In this document: positions 51,516 to 59,813 of the stretch, one piece after another
Layout: each line of letters starts with the position of its first letter
How positions within the stretch are numbered: the stretch's first letter is position 1
Origin: Candidatus Enterousia sp.
GTDB lineage: Bacteria > Pseudomonadota > Alphaproteobacteria > Rs-D84
DNA length: 64,000 nt
Assembly: GCA_045546195.1 (NCBI GenBank)
Contig: JAZQCH010000002.1
Span: 23,328-87,327, forward strand
Reading direction: 5' to 3'
Translations under genes and position numbers: made by a program
The notes under the pieces: generated by a model
Databases searched by the model: none
Told to the model about the DNA's origin: nothing
What the model saw: only the letters and a program-made list of their open reading frames with translations

Positions 51516-51953
51516 TTATTCAGCTGTTTCTGTTGCTGGTGCTTCTTCGGCTGGCGCTTCTGCTGCGGCCTTGGCTGCTGCTTCTGCCGCTGCCTTTTCG
51601 GCTGCGATTTTCGCCAACTTATCGGCTTTATCTTTAATCTTCATCTGTGTTTTTTCAGACTGCAAATGTTTCTTTGTCTGAACTGGAATCGCCTTTGGTT
51701 TTACCAAACCAGCCTTGGCCAGGAATTTATAAACACGGTCAGATGGCTGTGCACCTTTTGCCAACCAGGCTTTCACTTCATCCAATTTCAAGATAACGCG
51801 TTTATCGCTATCTTTTGCCTGCATTGGGTCATATTTACCAACGACTTCCAATACATTACCCGAATTACGCGCATTGCGTGAATCTGTCACAACAATGTGA
51901 TAATATGGGCGTTTTTTCGCACCGAAACGTGCCAAACGAATAACAGTTGCCAT
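51516..51953 (-). CDS. rpsP: 30S ribosomal protein S16
   Basis: IRLARFGAKKRPYYHIVVTDSR, WLAKGAQPSDRV; Ala/Glu-rich tail. Confidence 0.98.
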   Translation of the reverse strand: MATVIRLARFGAKKRPYYHIVVTDSRNARNSGNVLEVVGKYDPMQAKDSDKRVILKLDEVKAWLAKGAQPSDRVYKFLAKAGLVKPKAIPVQTKKHLQSEKTQMKIKDKADKLAKIAAEKAAAEAAAKAAAEAPAEEAPATETAE

Positions 51954-51986
51954 AATTTTGCTCCTTATATTTTATAACTGTTTTAA

Positions 51987-52080
51987 CCACAAAGAAAACC
52001 GCCATCAAGGACGAACACTCGTCGGATGATGTACCACACGCATACTGCGAACTGGCGATACAATAATGGCAATCTTTGGG
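51987..52080 (-). promoter_or_regulatory. Candidate structured 5' leader RNA of the rpsP operon
   Basis: Manual fold gives a long closing stem and two inner hairpins, between a sigma70 promoter and the rpsP SD. Confidence 0.45.
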
Positions 52081-52092
52081 ATTTGCGCGCCT

Positions 52093-52121
52093 ATTATGAA
52101 CCAAAACTAATCAAAAGTCAA
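52093..52121 (-). promoter_or_regulatory. sigma70 promoter of the rpsP operon
   Basis: TTGACT-N17-CATAAT followed by a GC-rich discriminator (GGCGCGC). Confidence 0.7.
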
Positions 52122-52145
52122 ATATTTATTCAAATAATTCCCCCC

Positions 52146-52280
52146 ATCTCGCTGTAGCATCAGCGAAAGCGGATACACCCCCAATCTCGCTGTAGCGTCA
52201 GCGAAAGCGGATGATGCGAACACAGGGAATATAGATTCAATTAGAATCCCAATCTCGCTGTAGCGTCAGCGAAAGCGGAT
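52146..52280. repeat. Three copies of a 29-bp GTAG-containing hairpin repeat downstream of tRNA-Gly
   Basis: ATCTCGCTGTAGC(A/G)TCAGCGAAAGCGGAT at 52146, 52184 and 52252. Confidence 0.92.
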
Positions 52281-52353
52281 GGTGCGGGCGAAGGGAATCG
52301 AACCCTCGTCTTCAGCTTGGGAAGCTGACGTGCTACCATTATACCACGCCCGC
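52280..52353 (-). tRNA. tRNA-Gly (anticodon CCC)
   Basis: GCGGGCG acceptor stem, TCAGC-ttCCCaa-GCTGA anticodon arm, GTTCGATTC T-loop, encoded CCA. Confidence 0.97.
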
Positions 52354-52407
52354 AGTCGGAACAGGGCAAATAATATACTAAAAATCCCCCCATGTCCAGA
52401 ACGATTT

Positions 52408-53220
52408 TTATCTTTTATTTTCTGCGACAATCTGTTTTGCGAATTTGCGTATTTGCTGTACCGCATCATCAAATTCAAACACATGCGGCATAGGGCAGGT
52501 CGCCACCATTTTATCCCCACCAATCCGCACATTGCGACAAATCGGGCACAATTTATAATCCGCCTGTTGAATTGCCACGCATGTTTTTGCCGCCAAATGC
52601 GCCAAATTCGTATGCGGTTTATACACAACAACAAACCGCGCATTATTTTTCAACCGCAGATATTCAACAAATCTGAACGCCGGGCACATCTGTCGCGCGT
52701 TTGCTTTTTCCGTATACGCCACCGCCCGTTTTTCAGTCAAAATTTCCACATGTTCTTTATAATACCGCCGAACAACCGTTTTCAGACGTTCTTTATTTTC
52801 CGCATAATACTGTTGCCGTTTATCCGCCAAAAGTTCACGATTCCTTTCGCGCCACGCTTTACGGCTGGGCTTTCTGGCGCGTCCCAAATCCATTTTCTGT
52901 TCCGCCGTCAGGCTATGATAATAACGTTTTGCGCGTTCCTTGTACTCATCAGCATGCGCCACATAGTACTGACGTTTGCGCGCCCGAATTTGCTCGTGTT
53001 TTTTTGCGCGATACTTTGCATCCTTGACGCCGCGTTCTTCTGGCGTCATGGTTGCCATTTGTTCCCGTGCGCGCCGCTTATACTTATCAATATTACGCAA
53101 ATAATATTCACGCCTTTGCGCGGCGATTTTCTCGCGATTTTTTTCGCGATACAGTCTGCGACGTTCGCGTTCCTTCAACTGCGCCGGCGTCAATTCTTCA
53201 TCCGGTATTCTTTTTGGCAT
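52408..53220 (-). CDS. Highly basic helical repeat protein with C-terminal Cys cluster
   Basis: Repeats such as YREKNREKIAAQRREYY / YYAENKERL; CPAF, CPIC, CPMP; start 1 nt after the radical SAM stop. Confidence 0.8.
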   Translation of the reverse strand: MPKRIPDEELTPAQLKERERRRLYREKNREKIAAQRREYYLRNIDKYKRRAREQMATMTPEERGVKDAKYRAKKHEQIRARKRQYYVAHADEYKERAKRYYHSLTAEQKMDLGRARKPSRKAWRERNRELLADKRQQYYAENKERLKTVVRRYYKEHVEILTEKRAVAYTEKANARQMCPAFRFVEYLRLKNNARFVVVYKPHTNLAHLAAKTCVAIQQADYKLCPICRNVRIGGDKMVATCPMPHVFEFDDAVQQIRKFAKQIVAENKR

Positions 53221-53221
53221 A

Positions 53222-54061
53222 TTATCTAACCTTTAACAGCAATTCCTTTGCGACATCAAACACCGGCCGTCCATTAACCGGGGTTTTGTAATAATAATTC
53301 AGTGTCGCAACATCATCATTATCAATCTGTAAGCAATTCCCCCACACCGCATCAGACGAACCATCCGGTTGTGTTTCACCAATACCATTTTGCTTTGCGC
53401 GCCCCATCTGCGCCACAGGCGTTCCAAAATCAAACAAAATCTTGTAACCTATCGTACCAGACGCCACAATAAATGTATTACCCGACGGAAACACATGTAT
53501 ATTATGCGCCTTTAGATACGCAATCAAATAACTAAACTGTGCATGCGATTTCAGCGTATCCAAACCCGAAATCGACATCCGCACACAGCGCGCCAAATGT
53601 TCACTGCTAACAATTTCCTGGATAATTCGTGCCACCGCCGGCACATTGTTATGAAATTCATCAATCGACACATCCAGCGATGTCATTTTATTATTTTTTA
53701 TCGCCGCATCCGCACAGTCATTTAATATCCGACGACGCAACCAACCGTCCGCCCCCCATACGCCATTTGTTTTAATAAACGGCGCCAAACCTGCACGCCC
53801 CGCGAATTCCAAACACTGTGGCATATATTCATATCGCTTCAATAAATAAGGCGCCATCGCTTCACCACCTGTGAACACCATATATTCCCACTTTGGCAAC
53901 GGCATCGCACAAAATTCACCAATATACTGTTCAACCTTGTCCAACGGCATAAAGTTTGGCACAACATTTGGTCCACTGCATTCACAACAGTGGGCGCAAT
54001 TCAAATTACACCAATTTGTATTTTTTATAGCGAAACTAATTTTATCTTGATTGTAAAACAT
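53222..54061 (-). CDS. Radical SAM domain protein
   Basis: TNWCNLNCAHCC (CxxxCxxC), FTGGEA, IKTNG.W, VSIDEFH, MGRAK. Confidence 0.88.
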   Translation of the reverse strand: MFYNQDKISFAIKNTNWCNLNCAHCCECSGPNVVPNFMPLDKVEQYIGEFCAMPLPKWEYMVFTGGEAMAPYLLKRYEYMPQCLEFAGRAGLAPFIKTNGVWGADGWLRRRILNDCADAAIKNNKMTSLDVSIDEFHNNVPAVARIIQEIVSSEHLARCVRMSISGLDTLKSHAQFSYLIAYLKAHNIHVFPSGNTFIVASGTIGYKILFDFGTPVAQMGRAKQNGIGETQPDGSSDAVWGNCLQIDNDDVATLNYYYKTPVNGRPVFDVAKELLLKVR

Positions 54062-54065
54062 ATCT

Positions 54066-55220
54066 TTAATGTTTTCCCGATGTTGGAATCTGTAACAACT
54101 GCTTTGGGTAAATCAAGTCTGGATTTTCAATCGCATTACGTTCTGCGATAACACTGAACAAAATCCCGCGACGCATAAAGTTACGCGCAATAATCCACAA
54201 ACAATCACCACGACGCACCGTATAGTATGTATCATCATCACCGGTCATTTCTGGCATAACAAATTTATGTAACACTGTTCCAATCGTACGCCCATCACCG
54301 TCATGCATACGCACCGCCAATTCATATTCTTTGCCACTTTCCAGTTCGCCAACATCCGCCCCCAGACCAAAGTGTCTGTGGTCTGACACGCGTGCGAACC
54401 CCATATATTCACCATTTAACGCCAATGACACACGCAACCGTGGCAACCCATCACCCGATACAACGACGCGCCCTGTATCCAGATAGTCAATCTTGGACAC
54501 AGCCAAATCACCATCGCGCAACATCGCCGGTGCCTGTAATAAAGTGCTGCCTTCCTTGGTCATCAACAATGACACAGAATTTTCAACACCTGCATCCGAA
54601 ATATATACAAAAACTCTGTCCGATGACTTAACTTCTGGGTCTGCGCCCAACAACGCGATGGTATAATTACCCGGCGTCCACGCATGTGACGAAGTATAAA
54701 CAAATTCCCCGGCATAATCTGTGCGTTCGGTCGCAACAATCTTGTTATTAACCATAATAGAGATATTCTGATGTGGCAACCAACGTCCCGCCACAACAAC
54801 ATCACCATCTTTTTCAATGCGCACAATATCAAACGCAGGCACCGTAAAATCATCAACGCGTTGCACAACCGGTTCTGGCACCGCCGGCACAATAACAACA
54901 CGCGGCTGGGTTGCGCCACGAATAAACATAACCCATATTGCGATAAAGATTACCAACAAAGCACACACAATCGGGAACCAATACGCACGCAACGTGCTGT
55001 GACGGTTACGCGCTGCTTCGACATCTGCTGCGGCCACAGATTGGTTTTCCTGTTTTTTTGCCGACGGACGTGCGAACATATTCAACGACTTCAAGAAACC
55101 ACGCGTATATTCACGACGATTTTCCTGCCAATCATTTTGCTGTGCGATTGCGTCATTAATTAATTCATCTGTGGAACGTTTTGTCTTGCCCATATTGTTG
55201 TTTTTGTTTTGTTTTGACAT
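54066..55220 (-). CDS. Membrane-anchored LysM/Ig-like domain protein
   Basis: TM helix, PAFDIVRIEKDGDVVVAGR, C-terminal YTVRRGDCLWIIA...IENPDLIYP.Q.LQIP. Confidence 0.88.
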   Translation of the reverse strand: MSKQNKNNNMGKTKRSTDELINDAIAQQNDWQENRREYTRGFLKSLNMFARPSAKKQENQSVAAADVEAARNRHSTLRAYWFPIVCALLVIFIAIWVMFIRGATQPRVVIVPAVPEPVVQRVDDFTVPAFDIVRIEKDGDVVVAGRWLPHQNISIMVNNKIVATERTDYAGEFVYTSSHAWTPGNYTIALLGADPEVKSSDRVFVYISDAGVENSVSLLMTKEGSTLLQAPAMLRDGDLAVSKIDYLDTGRVVVSGDGLPRLRVSLALNGEYMGFARVSDHRHFGLGADVGELESGKEYELAVRMHDGDGRTIGTVLHKFVMPEMTGDDDTYYTVRRGDCLWIIARNFMRRGILFSVIAERNAIENPDLIYPKQLLQIPTSGKH

Positions 55221-55333
55221 TGTTCGAACTCCTGCGAAATGGGTTATGTATCAATTTTAGACAAATTATTACAAATAATATTTCTTTGTCAATTTATTTA
55301 TGGTATAATTTCAAGAAAACACAGGGGTTCTAG

Positions 55334-56413
55334 ATGAAGAAGATTGGAATTATGACAACTGGTGGCGACTGCAGCGGTCTGAACACCGCGATTCAGCGCA
55401 TTATGACGGGGGCCCGCCTGCGTGGCTGGGATGTGTACGGCATTTTAGACGGCACAGACGGCCTGTGCGTTAATCCGCCTGCGGTCATAAGACTGAACGA
55501 CATGTTATTACCAATCGAAAACGCACGCCTGTCGGGCAGTTTTCTGCACAACGGCCGTGCGACCGCATTAAACTTTGAAACCGCCGCCGAAACAGGGCGC
55601 ATTGAATCATTTAACAAACAACTGCGCAAATCGCTGCGGGCATTACAACTGGACGCGCTGATTTTAATTGGTGGCAACGGCAGTCTATCGTTGGCATGGG
55701 CAAACCGCGAAATCTATCGCGACCTACAACTGATATGTATTCCCAAAACAATCGACATGGATATTCCATGTACCGACCGCACAATCGGATTTGATACCGC
55801 CGTACAGCAATTAACAACCTTCTGCGACCAATTAATGTTAACCGCACGCAGTCACCATCGCTGGTTCGTTGTTCAATCAATGGGGCGTGATTGTGGCATG
55901 CTGGCACTGTACGCTGGGGTTGCGTCTGGTGCATCGGCTATTTTAATTCCAGAAATCAAATTCGACATTAACAATTTGGTCGAGCACATTAAACAATCTA
56001 ATTCAGATTACGGCATAATTATCGTTTCCGAAGGTATCACACTGCGTGGTCATTCCGGTCGTCCCGCCGATATGATTTCGCGCAAACTAACCGCGGCTGG
56101 CATTGTCAATCGCACCGCATTCCCAGAACACACCCAACGTTCTGGTGACACAACTGCGACCGACAGAATCCTGGCCACACGATTTGCCGATTGCGCGCTA
56201 AACGCAATCGACAACGGTGAAACATACGTTATGACCACACTGGAATGCGACAACGTCCACACAATTCCACTGTCTGAATTTGTTGCGTCTGGCGAATGTG
56301 TAACCGATCCAAAAATCCCAGAACTAATCACATCCAACGCATATGTTTCACCAAACGACCCGCTGTTGGACGTGGCATACAACATGGGCATATACATCGG
56401 GGAACAGAAATAA
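55334..56413 (+). CDS. pfkA: 6-phosphofructokinase family protein
   Basis: IGIMTTGGDCSGLN, IGGNGS, PKTIDMD, IGFDTA, MGRDCG, ILIPE. Confidence 0.88.
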   Translation: MKKIGIMTTGGDCSGLNTAIQRIMTGARLRGWDVYGILDGTDGLCVNPPAVIRLNDMLLPIENARLSGSFLHNGRATALNFETAAETGRIESFNKQLRKSLRALQLDALILIGGNGSLSLAWANREIYRDLQLICIPKTIDMDIPCTDRTIGFDTAVQQLTTFCDQLMLTARSHHRWFVVQSMGRDCGMLALYAGVASGASAILIPEIKFDINNLVEHIKQSNSDYGIIIVSEGITLRGHSGRPADMISRKLTAAGIVNRTAFPEHTQRSGDTTATDRILATRFADCALNAIDNGETYVMTTLECDNVHTIPLSEFVASGECVTDPKIPELITSNAYVSPNDPLLDVAYNMGIYIGEQK

Positions 56414-56414
56414 T

Positions 56415-56445
56415 AAAAAAAAGAACCGCCAACCGGCGGTTTTTT
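56415..56445. terminator. Bidirectional terminator
   Basis: AACCGCC-aacc-GGCGGTT with A/T tracts. Confidence 0.8.
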
Positions 56446-56839
56446 ATCTTTGCTTACCATCATACAGTTGACACGCAATTCTACTACAAAAACTAACATC
56501 CGGCCCACAGGTCGCACGACGCTTCGCCGTATTTGGCACATCGGACATATAATAACACTGGCGCGCACCATTATACGTACACGGCACCCAAGTATCATTT
56601 GCCTTCTTTACTCGCTTCAAATTTTCCACCGCCACAACAATGTCCACCACAGTATTTACCTTTTCCTCTAACCGACTTGGCATAGACACCTGACAATCAT
56701 ATTCAACCTCGGCCACCAGTCCGAACTTATCCAGCGAATCCAGCCCCAAATCGTCAAAACTTCTGGTCATATCCTTTTGGGCATCAAAATCCTGGACAGT
56801 TTTTTTTACAATCTTTTCAATTTTTTGTTGTTCCTTCAT
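56444..56839 (-). CDS. Acyl-carrier-protein-like domain with Cys-rich C-terminal extension
   Basis: FDDLGLDSLD phosphopantetheine motif, EKVNTVVDIV; extra ~55 aa with 5 Cys. Confidence 0.75.
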   Translation of the reverse strand: MKEQQKIEKIVKKTVQDFDAQKDMTRSFDDLGLDSLDKFGLVAEVEYDCQVSMPSRLEEKVNTVVDIVVAVENLKRVKKANDTWVPCTYNGARQCYYMSDVPNTAKRRATCGPDVSFCSRIACQLYDGKQR

Positions 56840-56918
56840 ACAAAACCCCTTTGTTCAAAAACAACACTAACACATTACCATCCCCGCGCAAGAAAAAAAC
56901 ACAACATCATATATCGAC

Positions 56919-58070
56919 CTATGCATTTTCACCGGCGACACGCCCACTGGCCCATGCCCAATGTAAATTAAATCCACCTAAATCACCCGCAACATCCAAC
57001 ACTTCGCCTACAAAATACAAACCTGGGCACAATTTAGACTCCATCGTCTTGGACGATACATGTTTTGTATCAACACCGCCACGCACAACCTCTGCGCTGG
57101 CCATGCCGTGATACTTTATCTGATTTCCCGCCACCTGCATACATGTAATCCGCCGTGCGATTATTTCTAATTCTGCATCCCTAACATCGGCAATATTGCG
57201 CACATCCGCCCCAACAATCCATTTCGCAATACGCCCAGGCACCCATTGTCCCAGAACGCCCGCCACAGTCTTGCGTCCCTGCGCCTTTTTCGCATTACGC
57301 AATTCGTTATACACATCAATATCCGGCACCAAGTTAACTGAAATACCATCGCTCAAATCATACAAACTGGCGCGATACGCCGCCGGTCCACCAATACCAA
57401 AATGCGTGAACAATAACGAATCCCGCACAGACCGTTTTCCAATCGTAATAATCGCATCCAACGATACACCCGCCAATTCTGTCGGTGCACCATCAAAAGC
57501 CAACGCACACAGGGCGGGGCGCACCGGCACAATTTTGTGTCCAAACGCACACGCAATCTTGTACCCCACATCCGACACCCCCAACGTCCCGAACGAAGTG
57601 CCACCTGTCGCCACAATCACAGACCGTGCCACACAACCATTAACAACAAAATCATCGCCGTCTTTGCGCACACAGTCAACCGCCGTGTTATACACAAAAT
57701 CTGCCCCACACGCGTCCCGCATCAACGCCTCCAAAACCACGCCCGCACCATCGGCACAGAAATATTGCCCCGCGCTTTTTTCCACCAACGCTATATCATG
57801 CGCGCCCGCCCAGTCAATAATATCATGCGGCGACACACGGCTGATTGCACCACGCACAAAGTCCGGATTACTTCCAAAATACCTGTCATACTTTACCGCC
57901 AGGTTTGTAATATTACACCGTCCACCACCCGACGCTAAAACCTTGCGCCCAGGACGCGCCCCCATATCAAACACCACAACACGTTTATTACGACGCGCCA
58001 ACACACCCGCGGCACTAAGCCCCGACGCCCCCGCACCAATAATAATCACATCATATCTGGATAACACCAT
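56919..58070 (-). CDS. HI0933/BaiN-family flavoprotein (NAD(P)/FAD oxidoreductase)
   Basis: IIGAGASG, GRKVLASGGGRCNITN, ATGG.S, LFTHFGIGGPA, GEVLDVAGDLGGFNL. Confidence 0.93.
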   Translation of the reverse strand: MVLSRYDVIIIGAGASGLSAAGVLARRNKRVVVFDMGARPGRKVLASGGGRCNITNLAVKYDRYFGSNPDFVRGAISRVSPHDIIDWAGAHDIALVEKSAGQYFCADGAGVVLEALMRDACGADFVYNTAVDCVRKDGDDFVVNGCVARSVIVATGGTSFGTLGVSDVGYKIACAFGHKIVPVRPALCALAFDGAPTELAGVSLDAIITIGKRSVRDSLLFTHFGIGGPAAYRASLYDLSDGISVNLVPDIDVYNELRNAKKAQGRKTVAGVLGQWVPGRIAKWIVGADVRNIADVRDAELEIIARRITCMQVAGNQIKYHGMASAEVVRGGVDTKHVSSKTMESKLCPGLYFVGEVLDVAGDLGGFNLHWAWASGRVAGENA

Positions 58071-59286
58071 CAGCAAACTCGATTGTCTTGGGCACGCCCC
58101 CATCTGCGCGACTGATAATCTGATTATCTGCGCCGCGCACAATCGCAAACCCGCGCGACAGCACACTCTTATAGCTCAGCGAATTCAACATCTGCCCCAA
58201 ATGCGCCACAGACTGTCCCAATACCGCCATCCGGTTTTGTAATATATTTGGGAACGCCGACACCGCATCCATCTTTTGATGCGCGGCGGCAATTTTTGCG
58301 TTAACAATAATATTCATTGTCCGCCCCAAATCATCCAGACGCTGGGCGTGTTCCATAACCAACTGCTTTGGACTTTTTATATTTATCGATTCAATACGCT
58401 GTTTGGCATTAACTAAACGCGTTGTAAAGTTCCCTGACAACCGCACCCACATATTATCCAGTTCCTGTGATAACGCCAACTTGGTTGGCACAACGGCTTC
58501 GGCGGCACCGGTGGGGGTTGGCGCACGATAGTCCGCCGCAAAATCAATTAACATCCAGTCCGGTTCATGTCCAACACCTGAAATCAGCGGAATATGACTG
58601 GCTGCGGCCGCGCGCACCACAACTTCTTCGGAAAACGGCAACAAATCTTCCAGCGCGCCACCACCACGCGCAACGATAATAACATCAACATTATTTTCAC
58701 GGTTAAAGTATTCAATACCCGCCGCCACTTCGGCCGCCGCCGTCACACCCTGAACCGTTGCCGGATACAGCAACACATGCACTGGAAATCGTTCCCGCAA
58801 ACGATTTTGAATATCTTGGAACGCCGCACCGGTCGGACTGGTCACAACACCAATTCTTTGTGGCAATCGGGGCAGGGGCTTTTTCCTGCTGTCATCAAAC
58901 AAGCCTTCGGCCGCCAACTTGCGCTTACGTTCTTCCAGCATTTTCAGTATCGCGCCCACACCCGCCATTTCAATTTCACTGGCAACAACCTGATAATTAC
59001 TGCGCGCCGGATACGTCGTAAACCGTCCAGTTATAATAACTTCCAGCCCATCTTCCAGTTTGAACGGCACCGGCGTTCCGCGCCATATAATCACAGAAAT
59101 CGCCGCCCCCGCATCCTTGATAGTCATGTACATGTGCCCCGATGTCGCGCGCGTAATCTGTGACAATTCACCACGAATTTTTATCCGTGGAAACGCAGTT
59201 TCCACCACTCCCTTCAACAACGCCGACGCATCCGTCACACTAAAAATCGTTTCACCGTTCACAAATGGTTCTGGTTTCTGCATCAC
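58051..59286 (-). CDS. xseA: Exodeoxyribonuclease VII large subunit
   Basis: SGHMYMTIKD, IGVVTSPTGAA, ARGGG..EDL, SGVGHEPD, RAPTPTGAAE. Confidence 0.96.
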   Translation of the reverse strand: MMQKPEPFVNGETIFSVTDASALLKGVVETAFPRIKIRGELSQITRATSGHMYMTIKDAGAAISVIIWRGTPVPFKLEDGLEVIITGRFTTYPARSNYQVVASEIEMAGVGAILKMLEERKRKLAAEGLFDDSRKKPLPRLPQRIGVVTSPTGAAFQDIQNRLRERFPVHVLLYPATVQGVTAAAEVAAGIEYFNRENNVDVIIVARGGGALEDLLPFSEEVVVRAAAASHIPLISGVGHEPDWMLIDFAADYRAPTPTGAAEAVVPTKLALSQELDNMWVRLSGNFTTRLVNAKQRIESINIKSPKQLVMEHAQRLDDLGRTMNIIVNAKIAAAHQKMDAVSAFPNILQNRMAVLGQSVAHLGQMLNSLSYKSVLSRGFAIVRGADNQIISRADGGVPKTIEFADGVIQI

Positions 59287-59291
59287 TTTCC

Positions 59292-59783
59292 CTATTGCCT
59301 ATCTAATTCTTGCTTTACCCGTTTGATAAATTCAGCCTTGTTCGGCGTCCGCATTTGTTGCATTGATTTATTGATTGGTTCGCCCAAATCATACGGCACA
59401 ATCAACGGCGCGAACTGATCACCCGTCGTATCAAATGGCGTATTTGTAAATCGATTATGCATATAGACCACTGGTGCATGTTCCCACGCCCCCACTTTTA
59501 TCGCAGATGGCAACCAAACCAAATCCTGCCCGTACAGTTCATACACACATATACTGGACAGGGCACAAAACCCCTTGGGCCATGGTGTAAATCCCAAAAA
59601 TTGATGACGCCCCACAAATTTATCACGAAACAAATGGTCGGCATACAGTTTACGCAAAACATACGTTATATCATACAGAGTGTACTGCGCATCAAACCGT
59701 TCCAAACACACATCATCAATCTTGCGCGCCTGTTCCAGCAATCGCTGTGTTGCCGCGTCATAAGATTTTTTATATTTTTCCAT
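59292..59783 (-). CDS. Hypothetical protein, possible papain/transglutaminase-like fold
   Basis: GFCALSS ... WEH ... FDTTGDQF spacing. Confidence 0.65.
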   Translation of the reverse strand: MEKYKKSYDAATQRLLEQARKIDDVCLERFDAQYTLYDITYVLRKLYADHLFRDKFVGRHQFLGFTPWPKGFCALSSICVYELYGQDLVWLPSAIKVGAWEHAPVVYMHNRFTNTPFDTTGDQFAPLIVPYDLGEPINKSMQQMRTPNKAEFIKRVKQELDRQ

Positions 59784-59813
59784 GCGATTTATTATATCAC
59801 AAACGCCTAAAAA

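Noticed and set aside
51987-52080. SRP (4.5S) RNA or 6S RNA
   Set aside because: Lacks the conserved SRP helix-8 CAGG...GGAA...AGCAG motif and is too short and branched for 6S
51865-52104. 79-aa ORF upstream of rpsP
   Set aside because: Starts inside the promoter and overlaps rpsP out of frame; the region is better explained as a UTR
52146-52280. Three 29-bp repeats as a mini CRISPR array
   Set aside because: Spacers are 9 and 39 bp, one is a decayed tRNA end, there are no cas genes, and a related copy occurs alone at 18459
52279-53229. 316-aa plus-strand ORF
   Set aside because: Antisense shadow of the basic repeat gene and overlaps the tRNA
57196-58242. 348-aa plus-strand ORF and the many other antisense or nested ORFs in the track
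   Set aside because: Shadows of well-supported genes on the opposite strand, with no motifs
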